Shown here: positions 1-9,945 of the stretch, piece after piece | Position numbering within the stretch: position 1 is the stretch's first letter | Layout of the letters: every line of letters starts with the position of its first letter | DNA from: Verrucomicrobiota bacterium | Lineage (GTDB): Bacteria; Verrucomicrobiota; Verrucomicrobiia; Limisphaerales; CANJXF01 | NCBI GenBank assembly: GCA_038214755.1 | Contig: JBBQRQ010000023.1 | Span: 1 to 57,008, forward strand | DNA: 57,008 nt | Direction of reading: 5' to 3' | Translations under genes and position numbers: made by a program | Notes under the pieces: model-generated | Databases searched by the model: none | The model's input: only the letters and a program-made list of their open reading frames with translations | Told to the model about the DNA's origin: nothing

Positions 1-4
1 TCGA

Positions 5-140
5 CCTCACCCCGGCCCTCTCCTCCGAGGAGAGGGAGAATCTTATGCAGCGCTGGAAAATGTTCATGGTTTAGTGAGTGATGGCGCGTGCTGAGGGCAG
101 GTTCCCTCTCCTCGGGGGAGAGGGTTAGGGTGAGGGCGAG
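5..140. repeat. Palindromic REP-like element, CCCTCACCCCGGCCCTCTCC family
   Basis: Left arm cctcaccccggccctctcc...gagaggg and inverted right arm ccctctcc...gagagggttagggtgaggg. The same family recurs at 1506-1966 and 30706-31027. Confidence 0.8.
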
Positions 141-166
141 CAATCTTCCCAACTGAATCGTTCCGC

Positions 167-1468
167 CTAAGTTAGATCTCGAGGAAACTCCACCGCGTTG
201 CCGATCGCCATCGCTTGATTGGCGATCAAAACCGTAGCGGCGTTTCGCAAACCCTCCTGCACGTCGCAGATCGTTTTCGGATTTTTCTCCCGCACATGAT
301 CGAGGAACGAAACGAGTTGATCCCGCGTGTCGTCGCCTTCTTCGTTTTCAATTTCCGTTGGCTTGCCACGATGCGCCCATGGATCGTTCGCTAGTGAAAG
401 CGTTTTGCCCGAAGTCACGATGGAGGCGTTGTTGCCCGCCGCATTTTGCTTCGCCCAACCGACGTCGTCCGGCCCGTTTTCGGAATAGAGCAGTCCTTTT
501 TTATCCGTGAGGAACAACGTGCCGCGCGTGCCCATGATCGTTTCCGACGCGCCTTCGTAAGCATTGCTGGCGAGCGACGAATAGGTGACGCGCACGACGT
601 AAGGTTCTTTGGATTCCGTTTCGCGGTCGCTCGCTGGCGGCGTGACTCGATAATCGTAAATGCAAAAAATATTATCGGCCACGTCGCGTCCATCGCGCCA
701 ATAATCGACGCCGCCACTCGCCATCACGCGCTGCGGAAAAGCGCCGAGCATCCAATTCGCCACGTCGATCTGATGACTGCCCAGTTCAGCCATCAAGCCT
801 TGCGAAAATTCGCGATACAATCGCCAGTTCAATCGTTTTTCCAATACGTTCCACTGCGGATTTTTTCGCTCCACCGGAACTGGTCGTCGCCAGTTGTTGT
901 TGCGATGCCACTGCGCTTTGATCGCTGTGATGCGCCCAATCATGCCCGCTTCAATCATCGCGCGGGCTTGTTGATAAATCGGATTGGAGCGGCGTTGCAG
1001 ACCCACTTGGAAAACGGTTTTCGTTTCGCGAACTTTGGCGGCGAGTTTGCGCGCCTCGTCGATGCTGTAACACATCGTCTTCTCGCAAAACACCGCGCAG
1101 CCGCTGGCGATGGCGTCGAGACAAACGCGGTAGTGAAGATAAAGCGGCGTCGCGACAACCACGGCTTGCGGTTTGATTTTCTCCAGCATCGGGCGGTAAT
1201 CGGAAAAAGTTTTCGTTTGCGCTCCAGCGAATTCCGCCGCGCGTCGCAAATGCGGCTCGTAATCGTCGGCCAGCGCAACGATCTGCGCGTCTTCAATCGT
1301 GGAAAGTTTGCGAATCAAATCCGAGCCGCGCCCGCCCGTTCCGATGACCGCGACGCGAATCGGTTCACGCTCTGCGGCGAACAAAGGATGAACGCTGGCC
1401 GCGACTGCAAGTGTCGCGGCTGCCCCGAGAAATTCACGGCGCGTCGAATGACTTTGGGTTGGATTCAT
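167..1468 (-). CDS. Gfo/Idh/MocA family NAD(P)-dependent oxidoreductase with Tat signal
   Basis: STRREFL twin-arginine signal, VIGTGGRG Rossmann motif, CEK motif, GSHQID. Start placed at ATG 1468. Confidence 0.9.
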   Translation of the reverse strand: MNPTQSHSTRREFLGAAATLAVAASVHPLFAAEREPIRVAVIGTGGRGSDLIRKLSTIEDAQIVALADDYEPHLRRAAEFAGAQTKTFSDYRPMLEKIKPQAVVVATPLYLHYRVCLDAIASGCAVFCEKTMCYSIDEARKLAAKVRETKTVFQVGLQRRSNPIYQQARAMIEAGMIGRITAIKAQWHRNNNWRRPVPVERKNPQWNVLEKRLNWRLYREFSQGLMAELGSHQIDVANWMLGAFPQRVMASGGVDYWRDGRDVADNIFCIYDYRVTPPASDRETESKEPYVVRVTYSSLASNAYEGASETIMGTRGTLFLTDKKGLLYSENGPDDVGWAKQNAAGNNASIVTSGKTLSLANDPWAHRGKPTEIENEEGDDTRDQLVSFLDHVREKNPKTICDVQEGLRNAATVLIANQAMAIGNAVEFPRDLT

Positions 1469-1505
1469 TTTGTTTATTTGGCGGGAAATGTTTGAGCGAA
1501 GCAAT

Positions 1506-1966
1506 GCTCGCCCTCACGGCATGGTGACAACACATAGGTAACACTTTGATGACAACACATGGGTGACGCTTTGTGCGATAAATACGGCAGGAAAATGCTT
1601 TTTGGTCGTCCGGCCGAATTGCTACAGACCTCAACGCAAACCCCGTATTTCTTGCTTTTAGGGGCTTGCGTTGAGGTCTGTAGCAATTCTCGTTTAAGCC
1701 CGAGAGGAGCCTTGAAAACATTGAAAGTGTTACCCATGTGTTGTCATTGTTTGTAACCCATGTGTTGTCATCGTGCCCACCCCGGCCCTCTCCCCCAAGG
1801 AGAGGGAGGAGCATACTCGCCGCTTCGGTTCTATTTGGCCTGATCTTTTTCGCATAGTTTTTTTGGCGATAGCTCAACGCGGAAACTGAAACCGTGATTC
1901 CACACTTTTCCGAAGACGGCCATTATTCTCCCTCTCCTGGGGGAGAGGGCTGGGGTGAGGGCGAAC
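1506..1966. repeat. CCCTCACCCC-family palindromic element whose left arm is split by a MITE
   Basis: gctcgccctcac (1506-1517) and cccggccctctcc (from 1781) rejoin to match the intact arm at 30706. Right arm at about 1926-1966. Confidence 0.8.
1518..1777. mobile_element. Non-autonomous MITE, 260 bp
   Basis: Terminal IRs GGCATGGTGACAACACATAGGTAACA / GGCACGATGACAACACATGGGTTACA match at 22/26. Two TGACAACACATRGGT motifs at each end, flanking CAC duplication (1515-1517, 1778-1780), and a central perfect 24-bp IR (1616-1639 / 1666-1689). Confidence 0.8.
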
Positions 1967-1972
1967 TTTCAT

Positions 1973-2827
1973 TTACTGCTCGTTCCGGCTGAACCATTCA
2001 AGGCGCGGCGCGCGGTTCTTTTTCTCAATCCACAGAACTTCACATTCGCCGCGCAAATTTTCCGCATAAAATTTTTTCGCCTTTTCTTTTCCCATGCTCA
2101 AAAGCGCGGTGGAAAAAATTTCCGCTTCGGCGGCAGTAATGCCAATCACAGAGCATCCCGCGTCTTCAATCGGTAAATCGCGCTCGTGTGGATTGATGAT
2201 GTCAGAAATTTTTTGGCCAGGATGAAAAGTCGCCGAACTGGAAAGCCCCTGATTGTACAGTGAAACGGTTTCAATTCCTTTATCTTTATTCCACGGGTCT
2301 CTAATGCCAACCACAGCAGGTTCTCCAAACGTGAGAACGGAACTGGTGGCCGCGCTCAAGAGAGAATTCTTCACGCCATAATCTCTCAACAAATCGGCGA
2401 CGACATCCAGCGCGTAACCTTTCCCAATCGCGCCGAAATCCAATTGCACATCAGGATGATTGAAGGAAACCCGTCGGCGAAGCGCGTCCATAACCACATT
2501 CTCGAAATTGATTTTCGCATCCGATACACCTCGAGAAGCGGTGATGTCAAAGTAGCCCTGCGTTCGTTGGTAAGCACTATGGCAAGTTTCCAAAATCGCG
2601 AACAATTCGTGGCTGACCAGCATCGAGAAGAAACGCGCCCGCCGATTGATTCGAAAAACTTCGCTGGACGGGTCAAAGCGCGAAAGCATTTTTTCGATTC
2701 GGTCAATTTCGTCCAACGCCATATAAGCCGCAGCCACGTTATCTTCACAGTCTTCGCCGGTGATGATGATTTCAAACAGCGTGTTCATCGCCGGGCGAGC
2801 GCGATAGGTGAAAGCTGGGTTGGGCAT
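1973..2827 (-). CDS. apbE: FAD:protein FMN transferase (ApbE family)
   Basis: AMNT, LSRFDPSSEV, GYFDIT and DFGAIGKGYALD motifs. Confidence 0.85.
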   Translation of the reverse strand: MPNPAFTYRARPAMNTLFEIIITGEDCEDNVAAAYMALDEIDRIEKMLSRFDPSSEVFRINRRARFFSMLVSHELFAILETCHSAYQRTQGYFDITASRGVSDAKINFENVVMDALRRRVSFNHPDVQLDFGAIGKGYALDVVADLLRDYGVKNSLLSAATSSVLTFGEPAVVGIRDPWNKDKGIETVSLYNQGLSSSATFHPGQKISDIINPHERDLPIEDAGCSVIGITAAEAEIFSTALLSMGKEKAKKFYAENLRGECEVLWIEKKNRAPRLEWFSRNEQ

Positions 2828-3005
2828 TTTGAAATGTTGTTGAGAGGTAAGGATGAAATGTGTTTTGCAGGAGAATTTCCATTCGATTCGTCGGATAAAG
2901 ATTGTTTTTCAACTGCGAAGTCATGCTCGCAGTCCCAAACAATAAATTCGCGCAACAAAAAATTTCAAAACTGGACTGGGCGTTTGAGGCGCGACAAATT
3001 CTTTC

Positions 3006-3737
3006 ATGCCGAAGAAAAACTTTTCAGATCAACTGGTGGAAGCCACACGCGAGTTGTCGGCGAAAGTGGATCGGCTGAAATTTTCTCCGCCTGTCGCGCA
3101 TGTTTATAATCCGCTTGCTTACGGCTGGCGAGCGCAGGAGGAATATTTGCGCCGATTTGGCAATGGAAAGAAACGCGTGGTTTTTTTCGGAATGAACCCC
3201 GGCCCGTTCGGCATGATGCAAACGGGCGTGCCCTTCGGAGAAATTGCGGCGGTGCGCGATTGGATGGGCATTCAGAAAAAAATCGACAAGCCAAAACGCG
3301 AACATCCCAAACGTCCGATTCTCGGTTTCGATTGCCCGCGCTCGGAAGTGAGTGGGCGGCGTTTGTGGGGCCTTTTCGCTGATCGTTTTGGCAACGCGGG
3401 AAAATTTTTCGCCGAGCATTTTGTCGCTAATTATATTCCTCTGGCATTTCTCGCGGAGAGCGGCGCGAACCTCACGCCGGACAAATTGCCCGTCGCCGAA
3501 AGGGAACCGTTGCTGAAAATCTGCGATGAACATCTCCGCCGTGTCGTGGAAATTTTGCAGCCGGAATGGCTGGTGGGCGTGGGAGGTTTCGCGATGGGGC
3601 GCGCGAAATTGGTTGCGGCAAATTCCTCGATTCGTGTGGGACAGATTTTACATCCAAGTCCGGCCAGCCCCGCCGCCAATCGTGGCTGGGCGGAAGCCGC
3701 GATGAAGCAATTGATTGAATTGAAAGTTTGGAAGTGA
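3006..3737 (+). CDS. SMUG1-type (family 3) uracil-DNA glycosylase
   Basis: GMNPGPFGMMQTGVPFG, SEVSGRR and HPSP motifs. Confidence 0.9.
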   Translation: MPKKNFSDQLVEATRELSAKVDRLKFSPPVAHVYNPLAYGWRAQEEYLRRFGNGKKRVVFFGMNPGPFGMMQTGVPFGEIAAVRDWMGIQKKIDKPKREHPKRPILGFDCPRSEVSGRRLWGLFADRFGNAGKFFAEHFVANYIPLAFLAESGANLTPDKLPVAEREPLLKICDEHLRRVVEILQPEWLVGVGGFAMGRAKLVAANSSIRVGQILHPSPASPAANRGWAEAAMKQLIELKVWK

Positions 3738-3789
3738 CGTTGCCCAATCGCGCGGGTGCATCTTGGGGGGCGTCTTGCCCAAAGAGAAA

Positions 3790-3890
3790 GGAGCGCGGAC
3801 AGCCTTGTCCGCGCGAATCCAAGTCGGGTGCAAATGCTTGGATTGTTTTTTTCCGTTTTCGAAACGCGCGGACAAGGCTGTCCGCGCTCC
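3790..3890. repeat. GGAG-type REP-like doublet between convergent genes
   Basis: Perfect 26-bp IR ggagcgcggacagccttgtccgcgcg (3790-3815 / 3865-3890). Confidence 0.85.
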
Positions 3891-3940
3891 AATGGGTTTG
3901 GGCAACACGTCTGCCAGATGCGCCCCGGCACGGAGGTTTT

Positions 3941-5206
3941 TCATTTCGAATTTCCAATACAAAACAAATGTTTTTCTCCGCGCATGAAAATATTTCCTGC
4001 GCTGATTGCCGGAGACGCAAAGCATTTTTCGCCGAGATCATTTTTTGCCAACAGTTGGAATTCGCCGCCGGGCCTCACCACTCGCATCACCCCGTCGTCG
4101 TTCAGAAAATAAACCAAGCCATTGGCGGAGACGAGCGAGGCGTGATGTTCACCCATTCGCTCCTGCCAAAAAAGTTTTCCGGTCGCCGCGTCGAAGCAAT
4201 GCGCCACGCCGGAATCCGATACCACAAAAAAATAATCGCCGGCGATAATTGGAGACGGCACGTAGGCCGCGCCTTTGTTGGTGCGCCAGACGATGTGCGA
4301 TTTCGTCACGTTGCCGGTTCCGTCCGGACGAATCGCGAGAATGTGGTGATCGGGAAAACCGCCGGTGATGTAAACGAGTTTTGTTTTCTCGCTGTAAACG
4401 GGCGACGCCACGAATTGCTCCGTCGGCCCGTCGATGATCCAAAGTAATTTTCCAGAGCGCGGATCGTAACTGGCAACGCATTTATCGCCGGAGAGAATCA
4501 TCTGCATTCGTCCAGCCATTTCGCGCAGGAGCGGGACGCAATAGCTGCGGGTGCGATGGAGCCGCGACGTTTTCCAAAGAATTTTTCCGGTCTCGCATTC
4601 CAGCGCCACGAGGTAGGAATCGCCGTCGTGATCGCCGTTCAAAATGACTTTGTCCTCGAACAAAATGGGCGAACTGCAAAAACCGTGGACGCTCGCGAAC
4701 GGGCCGGGACGAACGATCCACTCTTGTTTCCCATCGAAATCGTAAGCCGCGACGAGCATCTGGTTCACGTCGAGAAATGCGACGTAAACAAACGTGCCAT
4801 CGGTCGCGGGCGTGCTGGAGGCGTGGCTGTTGAGCGAATGTTTTCGTTCCAATGGAGATTTGAGGACGGCTTGTTGCCAAAGAATTTTTCCGGCGTTGCG
4901 TTCGAGACAAAGAAGTTTGCGCTCCTCCGTTTCTGGCAAACAAGTCACCGTGAAAATTTTATCCTCCCAAACAATCGGCGAGGCATGACCGCGACCGGGC
5001 AGTTCAGTTTTCCAAACGAGATTGCTGGAAGCACTCCAATGGATCGGAACATTTGTTTCCAGACTTGTGCCATCGCCGCGCGGCCCGCGCCAGACCGGCC
5101 AGTTTTCAGAGTGGGTTGGTTGAGGTGTAGAAAGGACAGCGCAAATGGAAAACGCACTGACCGCGATGCGCTTTGTAAAAGAAAAATGACTTTCGATCTC
5201 GCGCAC
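3941..5206 (-). CDS. Secreted PQQ-binding-like beta-propeller protein
   Basis: NWPVWRGPRGDG start, repeated SSP/ASP blades with GKxLW motifs, C-terminal HLFCIG. Confidence 0.85.
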   Translation of the reverse strand: MREIESHFSFTKRIAVSAFSICAVLSTPQPTHSENWPVWRGPRGDGTSLETNVPIHWSASSNLVWKTELPGRGHASPIVWEDKIFTVTCLPETEERKLLCLERNAGKILWQQAVLKSPLERKHSLNSHASSTPATDGTFVYVAFLDVNQMLVAAYDFDGKQEWIVRPGPFASVHGFCSSPILFEDKVILNGDHDGDSYLVALECETGKILWKTSRLHRTRSYCVPLLREMAGRMQMILSGDKCVASYDPRSGKLLWIIDGPTEQFVASPVYSEKTKLVYITGGFPDHHILAIRPDGTGNVTKSHIVWRTNKGAAYVPSPIIAGDYFFVVSDSGVAHCFDAATGKLFWQERMGEHHASLVSANGLVYFLNDDGVMRVVRPGGEFQLLAKNDLGEKCFASPAISAGNIFMRGEKHLFCIGNSK

Positions 5207-5344
5207 GCGAGATCAGTAACATTGCCCCCAACGCGCTTCAACGTTTCTCGGAATCAGAAGCTGATTCTTGTTTGTATGTCGCCCGCCGCGACGACAATCT
5301 CGGCGAAATTCAATCCAAGAGAGCGCGAAAGAAAAAAACCGTCC

Positions 5345-5583
5345 GTGAGCCGTACGGAAAATTATTGGAACGTGTCCTCAGTGGCGAAGCCGATGCGAAC
5401 ATCTGATTTGAGGATCTTTGTCGGCTGTTGCAACGGCTCGGTTTCACAATGGAGATTCGCGGCAGCCATCATGTTTTTCGAAAACCGAATTGCGGCATCA
5501 TCAACTTGCAGCCCGGTGGACAAAATGCTAAAAGCTATCAAGTGCGGCAGGCGCGAAAAGTTTTGCAAGGCAATCCCGAATGA
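5345..5583 (+). pseudogene. hicA: Inactivated HicA-family toxin
   Basis: Frame from 5353 reads YGKLLERVLSGEADANI*FEDLCRLLQRLGFTMEIRGSHHVFRKP...AKSYQVRQ. In-frame TGA at 5404-5406, GTG at 5345 is out of frame, and there is an ATGA overlap with hicB. Confidence 0.8.
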
Positions 5584-5795
5584 ACAAATCCAGCTACGAA
5601 GTCGTAATTTATTGGAGTGACGAAGACGCCGTTTTTGTCGCGGAAGTCCCAGAGCTTCCCGGTTGCGGCGCGCACGGTGAGACCCGCGATGAAGCTTTGC
5701 GCCAGGCTGAACAAGCGATTGATAATTGGCTGCATGCCGCCCGTCAGATGGGGCAGTCGATACCCGCTCCCCGAGGCCGCTTGGCTTTTAGCTGA
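5580..5795 (+). CDS. hicB: HicB-family antitoxin
   Basis: YWSDEDAVFVAEVPELPGCGAHGETRDEA signature. Confidence 0.9.
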   Translation: MNKSSYEVVIYWSDEDAVFVAEVPELPGCGAHGETRDEALRQAEQAIDNWLHAARQMGQSIPAPRGRLAFS

Positions 5796-6024
5796 CCAAA
5801 CTAAAAAACTCATTCCGTCACCGCGCGGTCAACGTGAAACCTCCAACAATCCTGTAGTCCGAATTGCCCCATACGTTCTATCAGCCCTTCGGGCTATTTT
5901 TTGTTCGATTAATTTCGCAATCCTTCGGGCCGTTTCTAATCCGCTGCAAATTTCCCAAGCGTGAATCACGTCATCCATCGAATAAACATTTGCGCACCGA
6001 AAAAGTCTGGGAGACATACGTCCC

Positions 6025-6257
6025 ATGTCCTCGACTCATCTTTGCCTTCATGTCCACGTCGTTTTCGGCACTAAACATCAACGCCCTTCGATCGACGCGG
6101 TATGGCGTCCTCGTTTTCATGCGTTCATGGGCGGCGCCATTCGCACACTTGACGTAATCCCCGAATCAGTCGGCAGGGTGGCGAATCACGTTCATCTTCT
6201 GATGGGATTTCGCGCGACGCATCGAATGGCGTGATGCGCGACGTGAAACGCGCATAA
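6025..6257 (+). pseudogene. tnpA: Truncated IS200/RAYT-like Y1 (HUH) transposase
   Basis: HVVFGTKHQR and HVHLL (HUH) motifs. It stops at 6234 and continues as VMRDVKRA* in another frame; the catalytic Tyr region is absent. Small hairpin agccc-ttc-gggct at 5883-5895. Confidence 0.8.
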
Positions 6258-6285
6258 GGCGAGCGGAATAGCCCGTGTTCTCCAA

Positions 6286-9200
6286 TCACGGTGCGGCGAG
6301 AACGTTGGTAAGAATCAACGGTTGGTCAATGGCGCTGCACTGGCTGCCCCAAAAAATATTATAGGTGCGAAGGGCGTTGGGCATCGTGTGCTTTTTGAAA
6401 ACCAGATTATCGATGAGCGAGTTGAACTTCAAATCGTCATACGTGTTCAGGTCCTTCCCCACCGCTTCGCGCGTCACGTGACAGGCGCGGCAGGAAGGTT
6501 TGAAGACATTGTTGTACACATTAATTTGCCCGCCCGTCCAGCCTCCTGGGACGTAATCCGATTTGAAGGTCGTGCCAGCATACCAGCCTTGCACAAGGTC
6601 CGTGATCGCCGGGGTGGTCGCGGCGCGCAACGTGGTTAAGGTCAGCGTTCTGAAAGCGCTCTCTTGTGCGGCCTGGGTGAAGCTGCCATCTGAGGAATAT
6701 CTGAATGATTCCAGATCAAATGGTATAAATTTCGCCTTGAGGTCTCCGGTGCCGGGGTTGGTAGGCGGCACTTTGCCACCGTGGCAAACGAGGCACAAGT
6801 TCGGCACATACTTGAAGCCCCTCCCATCCAAATCCGCTCCGTCAACGCGTTGGTTTTTTGCGTCATAAACATAAAACTTGGTGAAACGATTGGCTGGAGC
6901 ATTGGTCTGGGTCGAAGCCGAATACTCCATGCAAACTGTCGCGATCAAACCATTCGCGGGACTTCCGCTCCGCTTCGCCGCGATGGCGGCGTCCGCCGAT
7001 TTATAATTCGACACGTAATAAGCGATGTCGCCATTTGCGTTGGTGGCCATGCCCATCCAGCGGCCGAAACCGAGGTCGCCGTTATTGAAGTAAATCGCTT
7101 CCGTGACTGGGCCGCTGCCAAAACCATTGGTGGCGAGCCAGCGTTCCAACGTGGGCTTGGAATTGTTCGGATCAATTGCTTTGTAGTAAGCCTGGGCGTA
7201 AGCCGCATCGCCATCCCTGAATTTGAAGTTCAACATGTCGCCGGGATTGGGAATTGGAATTCCGGGAAAGGCCAGCTTCACCGCCACACAGTTTGATCCC
7301 TGCGGCGCGAGTGGATTGGCCGGGCCGGTGTTGACGGCATTACTGATAATGCACGATGCTCCGGTCAAAGTGATGTTGTTGGCGGAAAAAATTTGAAACG
7401 TCGCGAGCGTGTTCGGAGGAAGATTATTTATCGTCGTGAACGGCTCCGTGATGAGTTTCAATTCGCGGGTCGGTTCACGCATCCACACGGACACCGGCAG
7501 ATTAATGGAGGGATCAATCTCGAGCTTCACGCAGGCCGTCCCGTTGGTGAGGGGAACATAATTGCCGCAAGCAGTCAGACCCGTCCGCCGCATCCGCCAG
7601 CGAAAACGATTGGTCACGAAGGTGAAGCCAATTTCTCGTCGGAAAAATCCCGCCGAATAATCGTAGTACCAAAGCGGGAGCGGAGTGAACATGTTTTGCG
7701 GAACTACCTGGCCAAACGGCAGCCCGACGAATACATCAGCTCCCGTCGCCAGACCCAAAGGCGTGGGGGCGACTCCTCCCGTCTGCGCAAAGAGGTAGAC
7801 CGCGCTGTAGGTCGTCACAGACACATTCGTGCCTTGTTCATCCACCCCGCCACCGTTGCCCGGCAATCGTCCCGTAGGATCAGCCACGTTAACGCCGGAG
7901 AATGACAGAGCGACTGTGCCGGAATACGGGTTGCCAAATTCATCCACGAACGCATTGGCGGGAAGATCAATGGTTGCGCCGCTCACTGTATCTGTGATCG
8001 ACGTCGCCATCGAGGCATTGATCATTTCCAAATGACTTCGATGAAGCGAGTAAGCGACCTCCGTGGCTGCGTCCAAAAAAATCCTCGAAATCGGTTCGTA
8101 GCCGGGCGCGGAAATATTCAACACGTAACGAGAACTCAAATTGGTCACCGGCATGGAGAAATAGCCATTGCTGTCGGACAAAACAGTTTGGCCGTTGACG
8201 GTGACCACTGCGGTTGTGAGCAAAGGGATTCCATTCTCTGTCACCGAGCCGCTGAAGAGATCGGACGGATCCGTCGAAATAATAATTTTGTCAGTGGCCA
8301 CGCCGCCTTTGTTATCGCGCACCGAAAAATACATCATATGCACGCCGCTGCCGTTGGGAAGCTGCCACAAAACGGTCGGTGAGTTCGACGAAACGAAAGT
8401 GGTGTCGCCCAGACCGGGAAACCATTGATAGGTGAGCATGTCGCCATTGATGTCTTCCGTCTCCAACGTCAAGCGCACGGTCGCCCCGGGATTGGCGCGG
8501 TGAATTTGCAACCCAGTCGAAATATCCTGAGCGTAGGCGGCCGTTATGCGTGGGACGTTGTTCGACAGCGTCAGAATGATGGGGCCGTTGGTCGGAAGAA
8601 TCATCGTTTGTTGAACATGAGCGCCTTCGCAATCCGCGATGAAAGTGTACGACCCCGATGACAGTCCCGTGAAAAGGAATTCACCGCTGCTGTTGACTTG
8701 CGTCACGTTCGTCGTCCCGAACGTGGACGCCGCTTTGACCGAGGCCAGGATGTTCAGGCCGAAGAACGAATCCTGACGTTGAAACGAATTATTGCCGCCC
8801 AAAATGACCTGGCCGAAAGCCACGCTGCATGACGGCGTCACCGCCAACGCCGGGAGCGAGAGGTTTTGATTGCTGACGGTGAATTGTTGGGTCGAGCAGC
8901 CGGAAAAGCAGAAGCTGTTGCTGTAGCACACGCGATAGAGACCGGGAGCCACGTTCGGAAAAGTGAACCCGCCTGCCAAATCCGTTTGCACTTGACCCAT
9001 CGTGAGGGAGTTGCTCACGTTCATTAGCGTCACCGAAAGGTTGGGAATAAAAATGCGGTTCGTAATGACGTTGGTTGTGCCGGTCACAAACTGGGCGTAG
9101 ATCGAACCACCCACCTCGCCGTGCGGACCGAAGACTTCATTGAGTTCGCTCGACTCGCCGCTTTCTCCTGCTGCGTTGACGGCGGTGACGACCAGGTAAT

Positions 9201-9708
9201 AGCGCATGCCGCTAATAAGACCGGACAAAAAATAAGGATGCGTAACACCGGTGATTTTTTGTCCATTCGGCAGCGATAAGTAATTGCTCCGCGTCACGCC
9301 CGGAACGGAAGCGAGGTAAACATTGTAGGAAGTGGCACCAGCGGAAGCGTTCCAATCGAGGAAAAACGAAAGTTCATAGGGCACGAGAACCAGACCGGTG
9401 GGCGGCGCGGGTAGGCCGGTGGAGAATAATCGAAAAAACTTAGTCGCTGGGCCAATCGGCGCGGTGGCGGAGTGATTGTCCCCGTTGTCGATTATGGTCA
9501 AGCCCGCATCGACCCAGGCAGGCGGCGTGAGACTAGCCGTGGATTGAAGCGCGAAGCCATTGCTGCTCCAGGACAAAATTACATTCCCGCCGGAGCGCGC
9601 AATATTCAGAGTGGGCGCGCCGATGGCGAGTTGCGGCGAGAGCAACCACAAGAAGGCGATGGCGAAAACGCATGAGACCGGTCGAACTCTGGCAAATATT
9701 TTTTTCAT
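6286..9708 (-). CDS. Large secreted multidomain protein (FN3 and carboxypeptidase-regulatory-like repeats) with C-terminal diheme c-type domain
   Basis: Signal peptide from ATG 9708, FN3-like PAPPTGL...WNASAGATSYNVY...YYLVVTAVNAAGES, CLVCH (6781-6795) and CRACH (6478-6492). Confidence 0.8.
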   Translation of the reverse strand: MKKIFARVRPVSCVFAIAFLWLLSPQLAIGAPTLNIARSGGNVILSWSSNGFALQSTASLTPPAWVDAGLTIIDNGDNHSATAPIGPATKFFRLFSTGLPAPPTGLVLVPYELSFFLDWNASAGATSYNVYLASVPGVTRSNYLSLPNGQKITGVTHPYFLSGLISGMRYYLVVTAVNAAGESGESSELNEVFGPHGEVGGSIYAQFVTGTTNVITNRIFIPNLSVTLMNVSNSLTMGQVQTDLAGGFTFPNVAPGLYRVCYSNSFCFSGCSTQQFTVSNQNLSLPALAVTPSCSVAFGQVILGGNNSFQRQDSFFGLNILASVKAASTFGTTNVTQVNSSGEFLFTGLSSGSYTFIADCEGAHVQQTMILPTNGPIILTLSNNVPRITAAYAQDISTGLQIHRANPGATVRLTLETEDINGDMLTYQWFPGLGDTTFVSSNSPTVLWQLPNGSGVHMMYFSVRDNKGGVATDKIIISTDPSDLFSGSVTENGIPLLTTAVVTVNGQTVLSDSNGYFSMPVTNLSSRYVLNISAPGYEPISRIFLDAATEVAYSLHRSHLEMINASMATSITDTVSGATIDLPANAFVDEFGNPYSGTVALSFSGVNVADPTGRLPGNGGGVDEQGTNVSVTTYSAVYLFAQTGGVAPTPLGLATGADVFVGLPFGQVVPQNMFTPLPLWYYDYSAGFFRREIGFTFVTNRFRWRMRRTGLTACGNYVPLTNGTACVKLEIDPSINLPVSVWMREPTRELKLITEPFTTINNLPPNTLATFQIFSANNITLTGASCIISNAVNTGPANPLAPQGSNCVAVKLAFPGIPIPNPGDMLNFKFRDGDAAYAQAYYKAIDPNNSKPTLERWLATNGFGSGPVTEAIYFNNGDLGFGRWMGMATNANGDIAYYVSNYKSADAAIAAKRSGSPANGLIATVCMEYSASTQTNAPANRFTKFYVYDAKNQRVDGADLDGRGFKYVPNLCLVCHGGKVPPTNPGTGDLKAKFIPFDLESFRYSSDGSFTQAAQESAFRTLTLTTLRAATTPAITDLVQGWYAGTTFKSDYVPGGWTGGQINVYNNVFKPSCRACHVTREAVGKDLNTYDDLKFNSLIDNLVFKKHTMPNALRTYNIFWGSQCSAIDQPLILTNVLAAP

Positions 9709-9945
9709 AGTGATAGAGGTGTGCCGTCGGTTGAGGTGAGAAGTGAATAGGCTGCCCTGCGGAATTTGCCTAAGCCAACAGCGTTCAAGCAAACGTCCAA
9801 GCGAACCAATTCCATTTGTGCGCGGCGGGAAAGCATAGAGCCTCCGGATAATTGGGGACGCGCCGATGCAACCACGCTCCGTCGAAAAAGACAATGGTTT
9901 TTAAATCCAACGGAAGAAAATATTGGGAGGGGAAATTTCCAATTA

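Noticed and set aside
1518..1777. Repeated TGACAACACAT motifs as a CRISPR array
   Set aside because: The copies are inverted and terminal, with no regular spacers and no cas genes. A MITE explains them.
5230..5340. Possible orphan ccsA tail closing an islet that spans hicAB, tnpA and the diheme gene
   Set aside because: Only patchy similarity requiring several gaps; not distinguishable from chance by eye.
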